Shown: piece after piece, positions 1 to 8,495 of the stretch
Numbering within the stretch: the stretch's first letter is position 1
Layout of the letters: each line of letters starts with the position of its first letter
Assembly (NCBI GenBank): GCA_048938295.1
Contig: JBHLMI010000025.1
Location: forward strand, 11,083 to 43,082
DNA from: Promethearchaeota archaeon
Lineage (GTDB): Archaea; Asgardarchaeota; Hermodarchaeia; Hermodarchaeales; Hermodarchaeaceae
Direction: 5' to 3'
DNA: 32,000 bases
Program-made: the position numbers and the translations under genes
The notes under the pieces: model-generated
The model's input: only the letters and a program-made list of their open reading frames with translations
Told to the model about the DNA's origin: nothing
The model's database searches: none

Positions 1-2
1 AG

Positions 3-212
3 ATTCCCATTGTGGATGAACGAGCAATTGACAAACTCGGTATCAATAAAGGCTCAGTCGGTGGAACGGTTGAAATGAGGTACCGTGATGGCGAGGAAAC
101 GAAGATCAAAACCTTTCTAGCGGTGGCTAAATACCATCATGCTCTCGTGATTTACAAGGATGAGATGTTCTACATCTTAGCCAATAACACGATTTGGCGT
201 CTATCGACTTAG
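3..212 (+). CDS. 3' end of a hypothetical protein (partial, runs off the window edge)
   Basis: The frame is open from position 3 (IPIVDERAIDKLG...) to the stop at 210-212 and is followed by a pyrimidine-rich stretch. No family recognised. Confidence 0.55.
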   Translation: MPIVDERAIDKLGINKGSVGGTVEMRYRDGEETKIKTFLAVAKYHHALVIYKDEMFYILANNTIWRLST

Positions 213-369
213 GGTACATGAGCTAAATACCATGTAACCCTCTTCCTCTCATTTTCTTCCTTTACTCGCACTCAATGTAGTGCAGAATAGAACTTTCTCC
301 GTAGTGACAAATGGAGTTTCCACTGGTGCCTATAATTTAGTGAGAGCATCTGAAAAAAACGCTGTTAGA

Positions 370-1026
370 TTAGCTCTCAAAGATTTCTTTGATTCGCTTG
401 ATTTCTGCCATCATTTCATTACGCAAACCAGCAATCCCTGGAGCGGCAGCAACAGCGGCTGGAGCAGCAACTGGAGGAGGTGGACTTGTTGTACCTGCAG
501 GCGGTGCGCTGGGTGCAGCAGCTGCGGGTTGAACAGCGGGCATTGCACTCGGAGGACCTGCAGGTGGGGCCTTTGGAGGACCAGCAGGTGGTGCACTAGG
601 GGGTCCTCTTGGCGGTGCACTCGGTGGACCCTTCGGTGGTATAGCAGTTGGAGGACCAGTAGGAATTGCGGTAGGGGCTGCGGTTGCTACAGCAGTGGCC
701 ATAGTGCCCTCTCCGAGAAGAATAGATTCAGCATCGTCACCTGGACCAGCAGTTGTGATGGCGGCCTCATCTCCTTCAAGAAAATCAAATAGTGCGTCAG
801 TTGAGGGGCCTCCTGTACTGGTTTCTGCTTCCATAAGTGGTGTGCTGGCAGCAGTCATCGGTGTGATTTGGGCACTCTTCAAATCGCTACGAATTTTACT
901 AAGGCTGTTCTGAAACTCAGTGACCTCTTTTGCAACGGTATTTAATGCATCAGCTAAGTCGTTGACAGCTTTCGATAAAAATTCGGATACACGAATCAAA
1001 ATGGCTTCCTTGTCTGAGCCTGACAT
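370..1026 (-). CDS. Hypothetical protein: N-terminal coiled coil, acidic linker, Pro-rich repeats, C-terminal amphipathic helix
   Basis: ATG start. Residues ~8-53 have a heptad-like helix pattern. The linker is acidic and contains DALFDFL, followed by 5 GPPxAxP repeats and the C-terminus LRNEMMAEIKRIKEIFES. Confidence 0.85.
   Translation of the reverse strand: MSGSDKEAILIRVSEFLSKAVNDLADALNTVAKEVTEFQNSLSKIRSDLKSAQITPMTAASTPLMEAETSTGGPSTDALFDFLEGDEAAITTAGPGDDAESILLGEGTMATAVATAAPTAIPTGPPTAIPPKGPPSAPPRGPPSAPPAGPPKAPPAGPPSAMPAVQPAAAAPSAPPAGTTSPPPPVAAPAAVAAAPGIAGLRNEMMAEIKRIKEIFES
538..657 (-). repeat. Coding tandem repeat, 5 x ~24 bp (GPPxAxP-x)
   Basis: GPPTAIPPK-GPPSAPPR-GPPSAPPA-GPPKAPPA-GPPSAMP. 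The units differ at synonymous positions, so this is an old protein-level repeat. Confidence 0.85.
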
Positions 1027-1145
1027 TCTTGCTACACCCCGTCATCTGCAGCATGGGGTACTGCAAATTAGGTTGTAATAGGCTTACATATAAACTTTGT
1101 TGAGTCCTATTCACCAACTAAACGAGTTTTGCGGTCCGCTCCACT

Positions 1146-1601
1146 TTAAAGGGCTTTAGACGCTTTGAGGATTTCTCGATGATCGAAGGCAACTTGCTTC
1201 GGCATTTTCACAAAGACCTTGACTTCCAAAGCATCACTACTTGGTTCCATTGAACCACCCACCACTCGCGCATTGAAGGCAATACTCACAACATGTCCCC
1301 GGGGATCACGGGTTGGATCCGAAAACACGCCTATTAACCCACTAGGTACTACCACAAGTCCAGTTTCCTCTTTGACCTCCCGAACTAGGGCTTCCTCAAC
1401 AGTTTCACCGATTTCCACTTTTCCTCCTGGTAGCGCCCAATATTTTTGGAAAGGCGGAAATCGGCGACGAACGAACACAACACCTTTTTTGGCTAGCTGA
1501 ATGACTGCATCCACGGCAAGCACAGGTGATTTTTGCAGTGCAGCGTTCCAATCCGATGGTGACGTGAAATATACCTCCTCTCTTATGAGGTGCAGCTTCA
1601 A
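1146..1601 (-). CDS. NUDIX hydrolase (ADP-ribose pyrophosphatase-like)
   Basis: Intact Nudix box [24 protein letters not shown] plus the typical [16 protein letters not shown] motif. Exact start uncertain. Confidence 0.9.
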   Translation of the reverse strand: MKLHLIREEVYFTSPSDWNAALQKSPVLAVDAVIQLAKKGVVFVRRRFPPFQKYWALPGGKVEIGETVEEALVREVKEETGLVVVPSGLIGVFSDPTRDPRGHVVSIAFNARVVGGSMEPSSDALEVKVFVKMPKQVAFDHREILKASKAL

Positions 1602-1641
1602 AAGCCTTAAAAGCCATTGGTACTACGCCACACCGACGACA

Positions 1642-2133
1642 ATGACGGTAGAATCTTGGCGCGAGCCGAAACCCACCATTGCGCAGCTTCGCAGACTGGT
1701 AGAGCGAATAAAATCCTATGCACGGACCAGCCGATTCATGGGATATCTTTCAACTACCATTCTCACTATTCTGATGATCCAATTAGGCATCCTAGTGTAC
1801 AGCTACTTCCTCCCAATTTTCTGGGGAACCTCATTATTTCTACCTGAATGGTTTTACTACGTGATGTTCATAACCTTTGCTTTATCCATGGTCATTTATG
1901 GCGTCACAGGATCCATCAATGCCCGTTTGAACCGCTATATCATCGAATACAAGAAGATCGGGGTCGTCGTCCAACTGCGGTGCGAAGAATGCAACCGGAC
2001 TAGCGAACGGGTCTGGGAAAAAGATGATTACATCTTCAAAAAGGAAGGCACCTGCGCTTGTGGTGGAAAGCAGTTCATCTCCCAGATGTATCTCATGCCA
2101 CTTCCTTTAAAGAAGGACGGAACTGACCTCTAA
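1642..2133 (+). CDS. Two-TM membrane protein with a C-terminal Zn-ribbon-like domain
   Basis: Start moved to ATG 1642 because the upstream part of the ORF-track call overlaps the NUDIX gene. Two hydrophobic segments, then CEEC...DDYIFK..GTCAC. Confidence 0.75.
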   Translation: MTVESWREPKPTIAQLRRLVERIKSYARTSRFMGYLSTTILTILMIQLGILVYSYFLPIFWGTSLFLPEWFYYVMFITFALSMVIYGVTGSINARLNRYIIEYKKIGVVVQLRCEECNRTSERVWEKDDYIFKKEGTCACGGKQFISQMYLMPLPLKKDGTDL

Positions 2134-2177
2134 TTTTCTTTAACAACCTTATCTAACCTTGAACCCTCAACAATCAG

Positions 2178-3962
2178 CTAGTTGGCAGGTTCTAAAACTC
2201 CTCGTAATCGCAGAGTGTCAGCACCAATGCGTTTTTGCCGTGAAATCCGAAACTTTCCAAGAATCCCTGTACGGCTCACATGGGGTCCACTGCAGATCTC
2301 TTTAGACACGTCTCCAACCGAATAGACTTTGACTTGATCCCCGTATTTTTCACCAAAGAACCCTAAAGCCCCCTGCTTTTTAGCCTCTTCCGGCGACATC
2401 GTTTCAAACGTGATCGCCAAATCACGTTGGATGATATCATTAACCCATTTTTCAACCTCTGAAAGCTCTTTGGCTGTTAGTTTCCGGTTCAACTGGACAT
2501 CCAGGCGTAGCCGTTGTTTAGTAATATTACTCCCCTTTTGATGAACATCTGACCCGATAAACTTGCGAAGCGCGGCGTGGAGTAAATGGGTCGCAGTATG
2601 AAGGCGTATTACTTCCTCCGAATGGTCGGCTAGCCCGCTGGTGAATTTCTGTTGAGTGGCCTCACGCGAGATTTGCTGATGCCGTTCAAACTCCTTTCTA
2701 AACTCTGTTAGATTGATCTTTTGACCATTTTCTTCTGCAATTTGTACTGTCATCTCAATGGGGAAACCGTAGGTGGCAAAGAGCATGAATGCATCTTTGC
2801 CAGTTAACTCGCCTTTCTCAGCGAGCGTTTTTTCGGCTATTCGGAGCCCACGACGAACGGTATTACGAAATCGTTTCTCTTCTTTTTCAATCTCGGACAA
2901 CACATGGTCTTTGTTTCGAAGAAGTTCATCGTATTCCTTCCCAAGGACCACAAGAACCGGGGGACCTAATTCACCCAAGAAGAATCGGTCAATTCCAAGT
3001 TGAAGTCCTTGCCGAATTGCGATGCGTAATAACCGTCGTATCACGTACCCCCTTTCTAAATTAGAAGGTACTAAGCCCTGATCATCTGCAAGCGCCATTA
3101 TGGCAGATCGAACATGATCGGCGATAATTCGAATTGATCGGAGTTGGTCTTTGGTTGGTTCTTTGATTTTGGCAATCTCATGGATTTTCTCCACAATGGG
3201 CTTAAAAACATCAGTCTCGTAGACACTCGGCAGCCTGTTCAGAACTTGGAGCGCTCGTTCTAATCCCATTCCCGTGTCGATATTCTTTTTCTTCAACGGT
3301 GTCAGCGATCCATCCTCCCCACGATTATAGGACATGAACACGAGGTTCCAAATCTCAACAAACTTTCCACATCCACAACCTGGACGACACTCCGCTGAAC
3401 ATCTTGGGGTATTAGTATCAACGAAAATCTCTGTATCCGGTCCCTGTGGGCCAGTGTCACCGAGAGCCCACCAGTTATCCTTGTAAGGCAAATAATGGAT
3501 GTGATCAGAGGGAATTCCCAGTGCCTCCCAGGCACGTGCTGCTTCTTTATCTGGTGGCACCTGTTTGTCTCCTTCGAACACTGTGAAGTGTAAGACTTGT
3601 TTTTCTAACCCTAGGCCAATTTTGGGATCAAGGAGAAATTCCATTGCCATGTTGATGGCTTCTTGTTTCCAATAGTCACCTAAGGACCAGTTGCCTAGCA
3701 TCTCGAAGAAGGTCAGATGAAATGTATCACCTACTTCGTCGATATCATCAGTTCTAATGCATTTCTGGACGTTTACTAGCCGTTTGCCTTCAGGATGAGG
3801 TTGGCCAAGTAAATATGGGACCAAAGGCTGCATACCGGCGCTTTGAAAGAGGACGGTGGGGTCTAGCTGAGGAATGAGAGATGCCGAGGGGATGACAGCA
3901 TGACCTCTTTCTTGAAAGAACTTCAAGTAGCGTCTGCGAAGTTCTGTTGCGGTCATTTGCAT
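2178..3962 (-). CDS. alaS: Alanine--tRNA ligase, short form (catalytic, helical and editing domains; no C-Ala)
   Basis: Motifs SAGMQPL, QKCIRTDDIDEVG, HLTFFEMLGNWSLGDY, IDTGMGLER, RGYVIRRLLR, editing HTATHLLH and EICSGPH. ATG 3962 is preceded by GAGGA. Confidence 0.95.
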   Translation of the reverse strand: MQMTATELRRRYLKFFQERGHAVIPSASLIPQLDPTVLFQSAGMQPLVPYLLGQPHPEGKRLVNVQKCIRTDDIDEVGDTFHLTFFEMLGNWSLGDYWKQEAINMAMEFLLDPKIGLGLEKQVLHFTVFEGDKQVPPDKEAARAWEALGIPSDHIHYLPYKDNWWALGDTGPQGPDTEIFVDTNTPRCSAECRPGCGCGKFVEIWNLVFMSYNRGEDGSLTPLKKKNIDTGMGLERALQVLNRLPSVYETDVFKPIVEKIHEIAKIKEPTKDQLRSIRIIADHVRSAIMALADDQGLVPSNLERGYVIRRLLRIAIRQGLQLGIDRFFLGELGPPVLVVLGKEYDELLRNKDHVLSEIEKEEKRFRNTVRRGLRIAEKTLAEKGELTGKDAFMLFATYGFPIEMTVQIAEENGQKINLTEFRKEFERHQQISREATQQKFTSGLADHSEEVIRLHTATHLLHAALRKFIGSDVHQKGSNITKQRLRLDVQLNRKLTAKELSEVEKWVNDIIQRDLAITFETMSPEEAKKQGALGFFGEKYGDQVKVYSVGDVSKEICSGPHVSRTGILGKFRISRQKRIGADTLRLRGVLEPAN

Positions 3963-4021
3963 GGATAGCGTCCTCACTGGGTATGCTCAGAATGAAATAA
4001 TGCTCTTTAATTATTCGGCTC

Positions 4022-4342
4022 TTATCGGCGGCTGTATTTCACCGCTTCATCATAACCTTTCCATCGGATTCGCCGACCTGAAATCCAAAATATCAAAAGA
4101 ATAACAACGATTGCAGGGAGTATAAGCCAGGCGAACTCAACTGCTGCATCAAGTGGCGAGACGATTGTTTGAGATGAAAGGATTTGCGGATCCGTTAGGC
4201 CCTGGATAAATGGGGATGCGGCTCCCATCATATAATGGACTAGGAACGGAAGAATCATCACCGTTATTCCAATTGCTATGCCGGCTAGCAGATACAGGAT
4301 TTGTCGCCGATATCGCTGCTTTACTGTTCCTTTCGACACCAT
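4022..4342 (-). CDS. Small two-TM membrane protein
   Basis: Basic N-terminus, two long hydrophobic stretches, basic C-terminus. Same strand as, and close to, both neighbours. Confidence 0.7.
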   Translation of the reverse strand: MVSKGTVKQRYRRQILYLLAGIAIGITVMILPFLVHYMMGAASPFIQGLTDPQILSSQTIVSPLDAAVEFAWLILPAIVVILLIFWISGRRIRWKGYDEAVKYSRR

Positions 4343-4397
4343 AATTCACCTTTCCTATTGAGTGGATTCAATATTAGACTACGGTTTAGAACACCTC

Positions 4398-4853
4398 TCA
4401 TGGTAGATTCTTGTACGCTCGCCAGGTCTCAAACCAAAACAGAGCCGATGCCGCGCCTCCAAAAAGCCAGGCAGCAAGACTCGCGAAGGTGAGCGGCTGC
4501 GGATATACGAGAAGGTAGATGATGAGTGCCGTCGTGAAGAAAGCAGCATAGAATAGGTGACGTGGTAATGCCCGGCGTCCAACCCAAATGAATTGCTTTA
4601 GTACTCCGACTTGGACCACCTCTTCCACTTCATACTCTCCTCGCTCTCGGCGAACTAGTCCCAATTCTACTAACTTGTCTAGATGATACGCGGCCAGACT
4701 GGGGGAGGATAAGTCCAGTTTCCGTTGTAGTTCCCGTGGTCCCATCGGCTCTTTGGCAGATAAAAGCTCGAAGTACACCCGGAGGGTCCGACCGCGGAGT
4801 TCCGACTCTAAGTCAAACGCACGGCGGCGTTCTTGATCGGGTTCTTGACTCAA
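4398..4853 (-). CDS. Membrane-tethered winged-helix transcriptional regulator
   Basis: wHTH motif GPRELQRKLDLSSPSLAAYHLDKLVELGLV followed by two C-terminal TM helices. GGAGG lies upstream of the TTG start. Confidence 0.8.
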   Translation of the reverse strand: MSQEPDQERRRAFDLESELRGRTLRVYFELLSAKEPMGPRELQRKLDLSSPSLAAYHLDKLVELGLVRRERGEYEVEEVVQVGVLKQFIWVGRRALPRHLFYAAFFTTALIIYLLVYPQPLTFASLAAWLFGGAASALFWFETWRAYKNLP

Positions 4854-5034
4854 GGAAATTAGCCCTCCTGTTTCAGATGGTTTGAGGTCTACTGCTCTTT
4901 TTTCATAACTTATTCATTAATAGGCTGGTTGGCTCCTCTTCTCCCCTTTTTTAACTCGATGACTGTTCTAAAATGTAGTTTTTTGAACCTGTCTTACACT
5001 AATCCTTGTGAAGGATCACAAAGGAGATTACAAA

Positions 5035-5709
5035 ATGACCATACGTCAAAAGATTAGGGAAACTTTACTCCGGATAAGTGGATACCTAGTTCCACTCGTT
5101 CAGCAGATTCCAACACTCGGTATCTATACCGGATTGATGACACTGCCTCTATTAGCTGTTCTTGCTATTCTTTTCACACAGTTTCCAATCAACATTGTTG
5201 GAATGGTTACCGAATTCATTACCATGAATCTCATGTCGATTAGCGTTCTTGTTGCCAATCTAATAACATCTGCTGGGCTTTTACTGACAATTTATTCGGT
5301 CATCTACCTTCTACGCCATAAAAAGGATGGATTGATTACCACAGGACCCTACCGGTTCATCCGCCATCCGCAATACACCGGATTTCTTCTAGTCACCTTG
5401 GGCCTTACCTTATTTAGTTACTGGTGGCTATCCAACACGTTTGGCATCGGTTGGCTCTCCAAGGAAGCAACTGTAGCTATATGGTTCATTCAACTGGGTA
5501 TCTATGTGGCCCTAGCCCTGATTGAAGAATCTCACCTTTTGAAGACATTTGGTGAACACTACACCGACTACAAAAAAACCACATCTTTCTTCGTTCCAAT
5601 TGGAAGAGTCAACCGGTTCGATATCCCGATCTCAATTGGAATTCTAAGCCTCCTCATGTTCTTGCTTATCCTCGTCCAATCAATCGGTAGTCCTTTCATA
5701 TTTTCCTAA
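5035..5709 (+). CDS. Isoprenylcysteine carboxyl methyltransferase / PEMT-like membrane methyltransferase
   Basis: Motif LITTGPYRFIRHPQYTG and the late EE...FG..Y..Y pattern; multiple TMs. AGGAG precedes ATG 5035. Confidence 0.8.
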   Translation: MTIRQKIRETLLRISGYLVPLVQQIPTLGIYTGLMTLPLLAVLAILFTQFPINIVGMVTEFITMNLMSISVLVANLITSAGLLLTIYSVIYLLRHKKDGLITTGPYRFIRHPQYTGFLLVTLGLTLFSYWWLSNTFGIGWLSKEATVAIWFIQLGIYVALALIEESHLLKTFGEHYTDYKKTTSFFVPIGRVNRFDIPISIGILSLLMFLLILVQSIGSPFIFS

Positions 5710-5807
5710 GGAGAAAAAACGAACACACCCAACCATACAGACTTAAGAGTAGTATTCACTATCCCTTTTTCTGAATCTCCCTAATTCACTTATGAGAAGT
5801 GCGAGAA

Positions 5808-6611
5808 ATGCTCGTTAAACCTCCTGAAAAAGTTTCGATCGGCATGATTGGCGGAACGGGTGTGTATGACCCCGAAGTATTCACCAATATCAAAGAATAC
5901 AAGATTTACACGCCGTTTGGTGCTCCCTCTGATAAAATCATGGTAGGTTCTTTAGGAAAGCAACGTGTGGCTTTCATCCCCCGGCATGGTCGAGATCATA
6001 TTTATCCACCACACCTAGTGAATTATAGGGCTAACATTTGGGCCCTCAAAACTATGGGGGTGACACGACTTATCACCATCTCGGCCGTCGGAAGCCTCAG
6101 AGATGAAATCAAACCGGGTGTTCTCTTTATTCCCGATCAAGCCTTTGATTGGACGCGGAGTCGCCCACGAACCTTCTTTGAAGAAGGGGTTGTAGCCCAT
6201 GTCTCCATGGCTCATCCTTTCTGCCCCGATTTGTCTAAATTCATAGCAGACAGGGCTAAAGCGCTCAAACTCCCCCATCATTACAAAGGTACTATTATTA
6301 CCATCGAGGGACCCCAATTTTCTACCATCGCGGAATCCCACTTCTATCGTGCACAGGGGTTTGACATCATAGGCATGACCCTCCATCCTGAAGTATATCT
6401 AGCCCGGGAAGCCCAGCTGTGCTTCACGAATGTATCGATGATTACCGACTATGATGTGTATGCCGAGAAACCCGTCAGCCATGAAGAAGTCCAAAAAACC
6501 ATGGCTGAAAACCTTGGCAAAGTCAAGCAATTACTCACAGACGTAATTCCCAGCATGTCCACTAAGCAAGACAAGTGTGGGTGTGGGAAAACCCTCGAAG
6601 GTGCCGTTTAA
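5808..6611 (+). CDS. mtnP: S-methyl-5'-thioadenosine phosphorylase (MTAP)
   Basis: Motifs IGGTG, TPFGAPS, PRHG..H.YPPH.VNYRANIWALK, SAVGSL, PDQ.FD.T, EGPQFST.AES, GMT..PE..LARE, TDYD. Confidence 0.92.
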   Translation: MLVKPPEKVSIGMIGGTGVYDPEVFTNIKEYKIYTPFGAPSDKIMVGSLGKQRVAFIPRHGRDHIYPPHLVNYRANIWALKTMGVTRLITISAVGSLRDEIKPGVLFIPDQAFDWTRSRPRTFFEEGVVAHVSMAHPFCPDLSKFIADRAKALKLPHHYKGTIITIEGPQFSTIAESHFYRAQGFDIIGMTLHPEVYLAREAQLCFTNVSMITDYDVYAEKPVSHEEVQKTMAENLGKVKQLLTDVIPSMSTKQDKCGCGKTLEGAV

Positions 6612-6686
6612 TCCTCTAGACTGCCAGGACTTCAATGGCTAACAGCCACCTCTAAACTTTTTATGCCATACCTTCTACTCTAATTT

Positions 6687-7685
6687 ATGGAATATCAAAC
6701 TCTTGCTCGTCCTGAGGTATTGGAATGGCTGTTCGAGTCTTCCAATCCTAGCATTCGATACTGGGCACTTCAACTTCTCCTGGGGAAACCACCAACTGAT
6801 TTCGACGTGCTAGCGGCCCGAGAGGCTATCCAGGAATCACCCATTGTGAAGGCCTATCTGGGTGCCCAAACCTCAAAAGGGTATTGGGAAAAGGAGAACT
6901 CTATCTATGCCAGCAAATACAAGGCCACAACCCATGTCCTTCTAATCCTGGCGGAGTTAGGTCTTTCGCGAATCCCTGAAATCGAGAAAGCAGTTGAGCA
7001 TCTGTTCAAATTCCAACTCAATTCAGGCCATTTCAATACCGTCCTGCCCAAAACTGCTCGTGGATATGATAGCACAATCTCCGATACCTGCTGCCTTGAC
7101 GCGAACATCCTCTACTATCTTGCTCGCTTTGATTTCCTTGAAGATCCACGCACCCAGAAAACCATCCAATTCTTAGTTGACCATTATACTGCGGAAGAGG
7201 GTGGATGGAAATGCCGTGCTTACCCCATCAATCCCGATGGAGTCTTCCCCCAAACCTGCTTCATGGGACTCTGCAAAGTGCTCAAAGCATTCTCGGTTTT
7301 CCCCCAACACCATCGTTCAAAGGACATTAACCGAATCATTGATGGAGTAGTAGATGTCATTTTAGAAAATCAAATTTATAAGTATCTTCGCAACCCGGAT
7401 GGCAGTCGAAAAGAAAAGGCTGGGTGGAAACGTTTTGGCTTTCCCCTCTTCTATAACTCAGACATCTTGGATGTCCTTGGGACCCTGACTCGACTTAAAG
7501 TTAAAGACTCCCGAATAACAGATTCAATCAAGGTTGTCATTGATGCCCAACAAGCTGACGGCAAATGGTTACTGAAGACCACTTTCAATGGTAAATTCTG
7601 GCACGATATCGAACAAAAGGGGAAGCCTTCAAAATGGATCACTCTCCGTGCTCTATATGCGCTCAAACATTTCGTAGAGCGCTGA
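6687..7685 (+). CDS. Prenyltransferase/squalene-oxidase-repeat (alpha/alpha toroid) protein, function unknown
   Basis: Repeated QW-like motifs: QTSKGYW, QLNSGHF, EEGGWKC, QQADGKW. Confidence 0.65.
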   Translation: MEYQTLARPEVLEWLFESSNPSIRYWALQLLLGKPPTDFDVLAAREAIQESPIVKAYLGAQTSKGYWEKENSIYASKYKATTHVLLILAELGLSRIPEIEKAVEHLFKFQLNSGHFNTVLPKTARGYDSTISDTCCLDANILYYLARFDFLEDPRTQKTIQFLVDHYTAEEGGWKCRAYPINPDGVFPQTCFMGLCKVLKAFSVFPQHHRSKDINRIIDGVVDVILENQIYKYLRNPDGSRKEKAGWKRFGFPLFYNSDILDVLGTLTRLKVKDSRITDSIKVVIDAQQADGKWLLKTTFNGKFWHDIEQKGKPSKWITLRALYALKHFVER

Positions 7686-7753
7686 TGGGGCTAGACACTT
7701 TTATGGAAGTGCCACCTTGTGGGCAGGTGCTTACAATCTAGGAGCTGTCTTGT

Positions 7754-8419
7754 ATGGTTGAGCCAATCAAATGCCAGTTCGTCGACTTTCAAGAAATCTA
7801 TGATATGTCGAAACAGTTGGCCTTCAAAGTCACTGAATCTGGATACGAACCCGATCTCCTCTTAGCCATAGCGAGAAGTGGCTTTGTACCCGGACGCCTG
7901 ATGTCCGACTTCATGGGCAACTCAAACCTCTATGCCCTTAAAGTTGAACACTGGCTCGATACCACCGCTGAACATCAAGAAGATGCTACCATTCCCGTTC
8001 GGTCCCCGTTACCCGTCAAGGGAAAAAGTGTCTTGATCATTGATGACATCGTAGATACTGGACGATCTGCAATCCAAACTCTCAAGTACATCAACGGGAT
8101 CGGAGCGAAGGAAGCAAAAACCGCAGTAATGCTCTATTTGACGGTTTCAGAATATGAGCCAGATTACTATACGGTGAAGGAATCAGAATGGATCTGGTTT
8201 ATCTGGTTCTGGAATCGATTCGAAGATCTTCGTAACCTCACAATCAAACTCTTTGATAATGACAAAGATCGGACACTAAGTCTAAGAGACATCCTTGCTG
8301 GTCTAAAGAAAAACTTCACCTTGGATGTTGACCAAAAAGAACTTGAACAAGTCTTGTATACCGCAGGGCGTGTTGGAAAACTTCAAGTTGATGACCTGGA
8401 CCGAATCCGTCTTCTTTAG
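7754..8419 (+). CDS. Type I (purine-type) phosphoribosyltransferase
   Basis: PRPP loop VLIIDDIVDTGRS, the IARSGFVPGR motif and a C-terminal WFIWFW segment. Confidence 0.88.
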   Translation: MVEPIKCQFVDFQEIYDMSKQLAFKVTESGYEPDLLLAIARSGFVPGRLMSDFMGNSNLYALKVEHWLDTTAEHQEDATIPVRSPLPVKGKSVLIIDDIVDTGRSAIQTLKYINGIGAKEAKTAVMLYLTVSEYEPDYYTVKESEWIWFIWFWNRFEDLRNLTIKLFDNDKDRTLSLRDILAGLKKNFTLDVDQKELEQVLYTAGRVGKLQVDDLDRIRLL

Positions 8420-8495
8420 TCATCCATCCCTCGGTATAATGGCTCCACTAATAGCAGGTTTCTTCTTCTTTTAACTCTCGAAGGGGGTTTCAGAA

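Noticed and set aside
280-792. 170-aa + strand ORF with Cys/Trp/Arg repeats
   Set aside because: Antisense shadow of the GC-rich Pro-repeat gene.
5035-7685. Eukaryote-like CaaX prenylation system (ICMT-like plus prenyltransferase-repeat protein, with the ...YCC C-terminus of 15872..16366 as substrate)
   Set aside because: The toroid protein lacks the D-x-C-Y Zn motif of protein prenyltransferase beta subunits. Both families are widespread in prokaryotes. The CC-ending protein appears to be exported.
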